From NCBI GenBank assembly GCA_964421635.1, contig CAYQWZ010000002.1:1749-65748 (forward strand): a stretch of DNA of 64,000 nucleotides, given 5' to 3'. Position numbers and translations under genes: made by a program. Shown here one piece after another: positions 57,174-64,000 of the stretch. The notes beneath the pieces were generated by a model. It saw only the letters and a program-made list of their open reading frames with translations. It made no database searches and had not been told where the DNA came from. Numbering within the stretch: the stretch's first letter is position 1; each line of letters begins with the position of its first letter. Source of the stretch: an uncultured Candidatus Saccharibacteria bacterium (GTDB lineage Bacteria; Patescibacteriota; UBA1384; CAILIB01; JAUSJZ01).

Positions 57174-58041
57174 TACTCTTTTCCAAATCCATTATTATAC
57201 AGGTCTGGAAATGCGGATGAAGAGGTAGTTTATCGATAAGCGAATCTAGTAGAATCATTGACCCAATAACAAATGGGGATTTTTCGAACAAAGGTAGTCC
57301 TCCATAAAAACTTGAGCCAGTAAATTTTTCAATTTCAAAATTTGTTTGTTTGACAATGCGTTTCCACTGCACAGCACCGTAAACTGAAATATGGGCTTCT
57401 TTATCCCAATCGACAAAATCAAAATTTTCTCCTTTGCCACCATGTCGAGCAAAACCAGTGTTGCGTGAATTTTGCATATTACTCTCAGCTTTTTTTGGCA
57501 GCAACTTGTGCAGGACAAATTTTTGGAAGGATTTTTCATTAGGAGTCGAAACAATAGCATGACCGCCAGGTTTTAAAATGCGATAAACCTCGTTTAGCCA
57601 AGCGACAGGGTCTTCAACATGTTCAATTAATTCAGAGGAAATAACAACATCAAATGAATTATTATCGAAAGGTTGGCCTTGATTGGCATCAACAACTCTA
57701 AATTTGGTGTTATTTTCTTTTCTTTTATGAGCAAAAAAACGAGCTTGGGCAATTGCTCCTTTTGAAATATCCGTTCCAGTTTTTTCTACCGAAATGTTGG
57801 AAACTTTAGGTAACATGAATAAATCTGTACCAATATCACAGCCAATATCTAGCACTTTTGCTTGGCGTTTATTTTGATTTTTTAATTTATTTAGAGCCCG
57901 TAAATAAAGATTATGAATTTTGGTCTTTAATCTGCGAGAATGATAAACCTCCCCAACCATCTTGTAGTAGGATATTCCTTCACCTACAGATTCTGTTTGA
58001 TAGTATTGATCTGCCTTTTTACCTGATTTTTTATTTTGCAT
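57166..58041 (-). CDS. Class I SAM-dependent methyltransferase
   Basis: VLDIGCDIGTD motif I; ILKPGGHAIVST. Confidence 0.7.
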   Translation of the reverse strand: MQNKKSGKKADQYYQTESVGEGISYYKMVGEVYHSRRLKTKIHNLYLRALNKLKNQNKRQAKVLDIGCDIGTDLFMLPKVSNISVEKTGTDISKGAIAQARFFAHKRKENNTKFRVVDANQGQPFDNNSFDVVISSELIEHVEDPVAWLNEVYRILKPGGHAIVSTPNEKSFQKFVLHKLLPKKAESNMQNSRNTGFARHGGKGENFDFVDWDKEAHISVYGAVQWKRIVKQTNFEIEKFTGSSFYGGLPLFEKSPFVIGSMILLDSLIDKLPLHPHFQTCIIMDLEKSTK

Positions 58042-58116
58042 GGTGTTTTTCTATTACAGCAACCAACATACCGACTCTTGGACATTTTGGCAAGTTCTGC
58101 CACTATATATAGGTAT

Positions 58117-59328
58117 ATGCGCATACTATTTTCCCCAGCTCATTACTATGTTTCAGATAAGCGCGGTTCCGAGCCGTCGTGGCCTTATTATGCAATGGAA
58201 GCTTTAGCCAAAGAAGGGCATGAAGTATGGGCAGTGTGCGGAGTGGCTGATTTAAAAAACAAACTAAATAAGGATATAAATTTATATCCTATATTTGGCA
58301 CTTCCCGAAGTGAAAACGCTTTTAAAGAGTTTGGCAACAAACTGCGTTTTTATAAACGAGTCCAAATAATGTCTACTAAAATTTTGCAGGAGCAAGCTGC
58401 TAAAGGTCATCCAATAGATATTGTGCATCATTTTGCGCCAATTAGCCCAAATTCGCCAAACCTGTTGGCTATCAAAAAATTATCGCAGCCTTTTACTATG
58501 GGGCCAGCTATGAAACCGCCAGACGACGAAGCTGACTTAGCCACTGCGTTGGGAACCAAAGACGACTGGAAATTAAAAATTGTAGATAGCGGATTAAAAA
58601 TTGTTAGTGGCTTTGCCAATAGACTGTACAAGAAAACCTTGAAGAGAGTTGATCATCTGTTTGCTGTCACAACTGAAGCACAAAAATATTATCAGCAAGA
58701 ATTACCAAAAGATAAAGTGACAATGGTGCCAGCTGGAATTGATGTTTCTAAATATTTAAATACTTCAAGTATTAAGCATAATCCGGAGATAATTTTAGCT
58801 CTTTGCTATTTAATTAAGCGTAAAGGCATTGATGTTCTGCTAAAGGCTTTTGCTAAGATTTCCAAATATCATCCTCAATCTAGAATATGGATTGTCGGTA
58901 ATGGCCCTGAAGAAGATAATCTAAAACAATTGGCCGAAGAGTTAGGAATCGCTAAAAAAGTTCGTTTTTGGGGATTTATCGATAACAAGCAGGTGTCAAA
59001 GTATTACGCCGAAGCTGGAATATTCGTATCGCCAACCAGAAATGAACCTTTTGGCCAAACATTCCTAGAGGCTATGGCTGCTGGTTTGCCTGTTTTAGCC
59101 ACCAAAACAGGAGGTATTCCTGACATTGTGACCAAAGATGTGGGTAAAATTTTCGACATCGACGATGTCGACACCTTAGCTAAATATTTAGATGAAATAT
59201 TAGGCAATAAGTCGGTGCAAGCAGATATGGGTAAAGCCGCAGTGGCGCGAGTAAAACAAGTATACGATTGGCGAGTTATAATGAAGCAGTACGAAACAGT
59301 TTGGAAAAAGTTATTAAACAAAAAATAA
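58117..59328 (+). CDS. Glycosyltransferase family 4
   Basis: Start taken at MRILFS (ATG 58117). C-terminal EPFGQTFLEAMAAGLPVLAT GT4 motif. Confidence 0.75.
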   Translation: MRILFSPAHYYVSDKRGSEPSWPYYAMEALAKEGHEVWAVCGVADLKNKLNKDINLYPIFGTSRSENAFKEFGNKLRFYKRVQIMSTKILQEQAAKGHPIDIVHHFAPISPNSPNLLAIKKLSQPFTMGPAMKPPDDEADLATALGTKDDWKLKIVDSGLKIVSGFANRLYKKTLKRVDHLFAVTTEAQKYYQQELPKDKVTMVPAGIDVSKYLNTSSIKHNPEIILALCYLIKRKGIDVLLKAFAKISKYHPQSRIWIVGNGPEEDNLKQLAEELGIAKKVRFWGFIDNKQVSKYYAEAGIFVSPTRNEPFGQTFLEAMAAGLPVLATKTGGIPDIVTKDVGKIFDIDDVDTLAKYLDEILGNKSVQADMGKAAVARVKQVYDWRVIMKQYETVWKKLLNKK

Positions 59329-60449
59329 TGAAGATTTTATTTTATAGTCCGGTTCATCTGATGCATGGTGGAGGATGCGAACGATGGCATATAGATGTTT
59401 TAAATAGATTTAAAAATACTTACCAACATCAGGTTCGTTTAATTACAGGTGATTTTGGTGGTAACGATTTACCAAAAAGTGAAGTTAAAAAACGGCTTAA
59501 TGGAATTGATTATCAAATTATTAAAACGAAAAAAGTTTGGGGTGGAATTGCCCGTGTGCCTAATGAGGAAGGACGAAAAATTATTGAGGAAGCCGTAAAA
59601 GAAGCTGATGCCGTACATTTTATTTTTGGCTTTTTTGGGCAAGACAGCATGATGAAAAGATTGAAGAGAAAGTATGGCACTAAAATTGTGGCCGGTATTC
59701 ATGCGCCATTATTTTATGAGAACAAGTCTCACAATCTTTATGTGGCTTTATACTCTCGCTTTTTTACTATGCCAAAATTCGATGGTTTTATGGCTCTGAA
59801 TCCTGGTGAATATAAAATATTAAAAAAATGGAATTTACCAAACGCACACTTTATTCCCAGCGGAGTAGACGTTAACAAGTTTGTAGCTAAATCTGAATTA
59901 CGAAAAAAAGATACATTAACTTTTTTGTTTGCTGGTCGCTACGAAATGCAGAAAGCTCCAGATATTGCTGCAAAAGCTATCACTAAATTTATAGAAAAGA
60001 CTGGCGCCAAAGATGTTCTATTTAATTTTATTGGGTCAGGGTCAATGGAGAAATATATTAGTGAGATAGCAGAAATTTACCCCAATCAAGTGAAAAACAT
60101 TGGTTACTCAACACAGCCGGTACCATTCTTTCAGGCCTGCAACTTATTCTTTCTACCATCTCGCCAAGAACCGTTCGGATTAGTAGTGGTAGAAGCAATG
60201 GCCACTGGAGCCCCTGTTTTGGCCTCGAAATCTGAGGGCCCAACCTTAATGGTGACTGAAGGCAAAACAGGATATTTCTTTGAAGAGCTAACCAGCAGTA
60301 GTGTGGCTAAAACATTAACCAAAGTTTACGAGCTGTGGAAGAAGGATTCGAAGGTTTTTGAGAGAATGAAAAATGCAATGAGAAAACAGGCAGAGAAATA
60401 TTCTATTGATGCATCCGTAGAGAAAATGAATAAAAGATTTTTCACTTAA
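59328..60449 (+). CDS. Glycosyltransferase family 4
   Basis: MKILFYSPVHLMHGGG start overlapping the previous stop (TAATG). EPFGLVVVEAMATGAPVLAS motif. Confidence 0.8.
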   Translation: MKILFYSPVHLMHGGGCERWHIDVLNRFKNTYQHQVRLITGDFGGNDLPKSEVKKRLNGIDYQIIKTKKVWGGIARVPNEEGRKIIEEAVKEADAVHFIFGFFGQDSMMKRLKRKYGTKIVAGIHAPLFYENKSHNLYVALYSRFFTMPKFDGFMALNPGEYKILKKWNLPNAHFIPSGVDVNKFVAKSELRKKDTLTFLFAGRYEMQKAPDIAAKAITKFIEKTGAKDVLFNFIGSGSMEKYISEIAEIYPNQVKNIGYSTQPVPFFQACNLFFLPSRQEPFGLVVVEAMATGAPVLASKSEGPTLMVTEGKTGYFFEELTSSSVAKTLTKVYELWKKDSKVFERMKNAMRKQAEKYSIDASVEKMNKRFFT

Positions 60450-63385
60450 TGAAGTTGGGGCAAAAATTTTTAAAATTAAAAAAAGAGAGGCCGGGTTTTT
60501 TATATTTCTTGTTTTATCTGTTTTTGGCTTCGGTGGCATTCTATAGATGGTTTTGTCCAGGCGTCATTGCTTATGGTGACTGGTATTTTTTAAATTCAAA
60601 ATTAATAGGTGAGTTTGCATTTTGGCCAAGATTATTTGAGAGTGCCTATGGCATTGGTTCATATTTAGGATTATCTTTGCACGGCTCACCAATAGGTTCA
60701 ATCTTTGGTTTTATCTATATTTTGACGGGGTTAGACTTCGCTTTTTCAAGCGTGATATTTTATTATGCAACTGCGGTTATTATTGGTTTTTGGGGAATGT
60801 GGTACTTGGTTCGCACTTTGGGCTATTCGAGAAGAACATCTTTTCTTGCTAGTTTAATTTATCTATTCAACAGTTATTTCATGGTTTTAGTTATTGGTGG
60901 TCAACTTTTAGGTGGAGTATCTTTTGGATTAATTCCTTGGGCAATACTGTTCTTTAACAAATGGTTAAAAGAACTTAAATTGTATTATTTGTTTCTGCTT
61001 ATTATTCTTTCTACAGTGCAGATTATTTATGATCCGCGTTATTTTGCTTTCACATTAATTATCTGTTTGGTATGGTTTTTAGCTAATCTATCCTCTATTA
61101 AAAAAAGTAAAAATTTTTTTTTAAGATTCATTCTTCAAGCTTTTCTTCTTATCTTGTTCATGCTGTTAGCTAATGCTTTTTGGTTATATGGTTTATTTGG
61201 AGTTAGCACTGGTTCAGTAATAGTATTACAAGGATACGACAATGTTGGTTGGGTTTCTGCTCTAAGCTATTCGAATGTCGCTCATGCGGCACTGCTGCAT
61301 CACACTTGGTGGCCGGGCTGGTCTGAGGGGGCTCAGTATAATCCTGAGATAATGAATATCTTTTTACCTCTATTTGTCATTATTGGAGTATTGTTTGAGA
61401 AGAAAAATAGAAAAATTGTCTACGGTTTGTTCATTCTAGCTTTGGTTGGAATATTTTTAGCAAAAGGCAGTAATGAACCTTTTGGTGAATATTATTTGTG
61501 GGCGTTTGATCATGTCCCTGGTTTTAAATTATTTAGAGATCCTTCTAAATTCTTTACCCTAATTGCTTTTTCGTACAGTATTTTATTCGCTCTTGGTGTG
61601 AAGAACTTATTCTCTATGTTAACCAAGAAGTTTAAAAAATCAAAAGCAGTGCCAATTACTTTTTGGATTATTTTGACAGTGTGGTTTGTTTACACATCTT
61701 CTCCACTCATGACGCAGCAAGCAAAGGGTACATTAATTAAAAACGAACTTCCAACAGAGGTCTCTGAATATATAAAAAATAGAGAAGATAGTAAAGAATG
61801 GTATCGAGTGCTGTGGCTACCTCGCATTTATCGTTTTCCATATTTAACTCAAATGCACCCAACCTTAGATGCCAACACTATGAAATATACTCAGTGGTCA
61901 TCACTGCCCTTTATAGAGAACGATATTGAAGATCTTCATCTGAATCCTTTTTTCCCTTATTTGCTAAAGACAAATGGCATAAAGATAGTCGCGATACCGG
62001 GAGATATAAAAAACGATATCTATCGCTACAGCAAGAAAACACAGTTAGTGTTTGTTGAAGAGCTGAAAGAAACAAATTATTTTAAAGAGCCAGATGTTGT
62101 AACAGATATCTACGGGAAAGATACTTATTTCTTTGTTCTAAAAGATCAATTGCCAGGTTATATTTATGATTCTCAAGAACTAATACTGACAGATAATAAA
62201 AACTCATATTTCTATCTAAGTGAAGCTCCAATTCATAATGGTTCAACCAAGACAGTAATTACAAATCAACACACCTCCTTAGGTTTAGATAATGAAGTTT
62301 ATAAGAACGCCTTTAATGTAGCCCAGCGTATTTATCTAAATCCTTCTACTAACTATGAAAAGTTAGCCGAAGGTGAGTTAAGTTGGAATATACTAGTTGC
62401 TGAAAATAATAATTATATAGTGTCTATACCAACAAATATTAATTCGACGAATTATAGTATTAATGGTCAGGATACAAAATGGGAACTAAAAACAGAAGAT
62501 GATAGAAGTTATTGGCAAACGGAAGTGTTTTTAAATGAAGGGATAAATGAATTGAAACTAAACTTAGAAAATATTTCTCAAACTGATTCAATCGTACCGG
62601 CAGTAAATTCTGGGTCATCACTATGGCAAAATTGTGCATCAGCTCCAATAGATCAATACGCGGCATTTAATTTAAAAGAAGAATACATTACAACTTTTAA
62701 TAGTTTGGGAACGGCACCATGTCTGAGATACAATATCGATGAAGAACGCTCGCAAGGGGATTTTGTTTTAATAGTAAATTCTGAAACTAAAGGTGAAAAT
62801 TCAATAATAGAAATAACTTTTGATCCTCGATATGGCCAAGAGTATAATATAAAACCATCGAATAATGGTGTTAATCAATATTTGGTATTTAACAGTGGTG
62901 AAGTTGAATATGAGAAATTGATATTTAAAATAAAAAATGATCTTAAAAAACATACTGATAAAACTACATACAATAATATTAAATTTGTACAAATTAGTTC
63001 AAAAGCAGGAATTTTAGACTCTATAATCTTAGAGCCAAAAGATCGGCCGAAATTATCGGATGTAGAAATTCAGTTGAAAGATATACAAAAAGAGACAGAG
63101 AAATATTTCTTAATCAGTGGCAACAGCGAAGGAACCTTGATAACTCTAAATTCTTCGTATGACAAGAACTGGGCCCTCAAGCATATTTCTAGCCAGACTA
63201 TAATTAGGGATAGTTTTGAGAGTGGTTTTGGTCTGACCAGTTTTGCGGTGCCAGCAAACTTAAATGGCGAGTTTGTGATTTACTATCAGCCAGCTTGGAA
63301 GTTATTGACTGCTAGTTTTGTGTCTTTAATAACAATGATCTTGCTAGTCGTCGTCGCAATTAGATTAAAGAAAAAGGCTGTTTAG
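60449..63385 (+). CDS. Very large polytopic membrane protein (978 aa), paralog of 48490 and 63402
   Basis: N-terminal multi-TM domain with a GDWYF motif; about 600-aa extracytoplasmic domain; C-terminal TM. Confidence 0.5.
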   Translation: MKLGQKFLKLKKERPGFLYFLFYLFLASVAFYRWFCPGVIAYGDWYFLNSKLIGEFAFWPRLFESAYGIGSYLGLSLHGSPIGSIFGFIYILTGLDFAFSSVIFYYATAVIIGFWGMWYLVRTLGYSRRTSFLASLIYLFNSYFMVLVIGGQLLGGVSFGLIPWAILFFNKWLKELKLYYLFLLIILSTVQIIYDPRYFAFTLIICLVWFLANLSSIKKSKNFFLRFILQAFLLILFMLLANAFWLYGLFGVSTGSVIVLQGYDNVGWVSALSYSNVAHAALLHHTWWPGWSEGAQYNPEIMNIFLPLFVIIGVLFEKKNRKIVYGLFILALVGIFLAKGSNEPFGEYYLWAFDHVPGFKLFRDPSKFFTLIAFSYSILFALGVKNLFSMLTKKFKKSKAVPITFWIILTVWFVYTSSPLMTQQAKGTLIKNELPTEVSEYIKNREDSKEWYRVLWLPRIYRFPYLTQMHPTLDANTMKYTQWSSLPFIENDIEDLHLNPFFPYLLKTNGIKIVAIPGDIKNDIYRYSKKTQLVFVEELKETNYFKEPDVVTDIYGKDTYFFVLKDQLPGYIYDSQELILTDNKNSYFYLSEAPIHNGSTKTVITNQHTSLGLDNEVYKNAFNVAQRIYLNPSTNYEKLAEGELSWNILVAENNNYIVSIPTNINSTNYSINGQDTKWELKTEDDRSYWQTEVFLNEGINELKLNLENISQTDSIVPAVNSGSSLWQNCASAPIDQYAAFNLKEEYITTFNSLGTAPCLRYNIDEERSQGDFVLIVNSETKGENSIIEITFDPRYGQEYNIKPSNNGVNQYLVFNSGEVEYEKLIFKIKNDLKKHTDKTTYNNIKFVQISSKAGILDSIILEPKDRPKLSDVEIQLKDIQKETEKYFLISGNSEGTLITLNSSYDKNWALKHISSQTIIRDSFESGFGLTSFAVPANLNGEFVIYYQPAWKLLTASFVSLITMILLVVVAIRLKKKAV

Positions 63386-63401
63386 AGCTATAATAAATGT
63401 G

Positions 63402-64000
63402 ATGAAAAAACATAACAATACAAAAATCCTGGCTATTCTTTTTGTTTTATTTATAGCTTTTTTAGTATTTTGGCCTTGGTTCCAGCCAGGTTTCTTAAGC
63501 AATGGAGACTGGTGGCACATTTTGCCTAGTCGGGCCCGTGAATATTTCAACAATTTATTAATATGGGATGCCGCTCGTGCTTTAGGCTCACCTTTATCTA
63601 ATAGTACTGCTCATTATGGTATTCATTATATTTATGGATTACTACAAGAGTACTTTAGTATCTCGACATCTGTCACTGCCAGAATTTTTTGGTTCATACC
63701 GTTTATTGTTTTCTCCTTAATAAGCGGATGGCAGCTAGGAAAATATTTTACTAAACGCATTATTGGTAGTGTCATTGGGGCTATTATTTTTACTTTTAAT
63801 ACTTTCGCACTTACGACTATTGCTGGTGGCCAAATGACTATTGCTGTTAGTTACGCTATTGCACCTTTAAGTGTAATTACTTTTTTAAGATTAGTTGAAA
63901 CCAAACAAAAAAAATACGCGTATGGTTTGGCTTTGTTAGTAGCTGTGCAAGCAATCTACGATGTTCGCATGCTAGCCATTGCGGTATTCTCAGGTTTCTT
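63402..64000 (+). CDS. Third paralogous large membrane protein, 5' partial (runs off the window end)
   Basis: Hand translation: MKKHNNTKILAILFVLFIAFLVFWPWFQPGFLSNGDWWHIL..., sharing the GDW(Y/W) N-terminal motif. There is no stop before the window end, so it is absent from the ORF track. Confidence 0.45.
   Translation, partial: MKKHNNTKILAILFVLFIAFLVFWPWFQPGFLSNGDWWHILPSRAREYFNNLLIWDAARALGSPLSNSTAHYGIHYIYGLLQEYFSISTSVTARIFWFIPFIVFSLISGWQLGKYFTKRIIGSVIGAIIFTFNTFALTTIAGGQMTIAVSYAIAPLSVITFLRLVETKQKKYAYGLALLVAVQAIYDVRMLAIAVFSGF

Overview
This is a low-GC (~35-40%) bacterial window whose gene content and rRNA architecture resemble Candidate Phyla Radiation (Patescibacteria)-type genomes. That placement is an inference from the features below, not a database result.

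From start to end the window contains:
1. An orphan diversity-generating retroelement (DGR)-type reverse transcriptase with an Asn-codon-rich template-like segment just upstream and a (GA)11 repeat inside the CDS. An HTH-Fic gene converges on its 3' end.
2. trxB, followed by a 23S rRNA gene (~7110-12370) interrupted by four group-I-like introns. Two of them encode LAGLIDADG homing endonucleases and one carries a truncated LAGLIDADG remnant.
3. A GC-rich (~63%) small gene inserted between 23S and 5S, with its own terminators, followed by a separately promoted 5S rRNA.
4. Housekeeping and envelope genes: a PduO-type adenosyltransferase, DUF389, YdjM-like hydrolase, a Phd/YefM-like antitoxin, gmk, a polysaccharide deacetylase, an epimerase, a Kef-type antiporter, a CAP-domain protein and an FtsB-like protein.
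5. A second GC-rich gene for a secreted protein with a textbook promoter and terminator.
6. A tandem array of seven pilin-like small membrane proteins, a lipoprotein solute-binding protein, two galU paralogs, Hsp20, a ComF-like protein and a CFA synthase.
7. A complete DGR cassette: a GC-rich target gene whose C-terminal variable repeat differs from a downstream template repeat at about 17 positions. Every one of these has an A in the template. An Avd-like four-helix-bundle gene and a second DGR-type RT complete the cassette, which sits beside three tRNA genes.
8. A long glycan/cell-envelope biosynthesis locus from ~39.1 kb to the end of the window. It holds a flippase, UXS, Ugd, GT2 and GT4 glycosyltransferases, five SAM methyltransferases, GmhB and a GHMP kinase, a lysyl-PG-synthase-like protein and three paralogous very large polytopic membrane proteins.

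The most interesting items are the two DGRs (one complete, one apparently orphan), the compositional GC islands with consensus promoters, and the intron-laden rRNA locus with a protein gene wedged between 23S and 5S.
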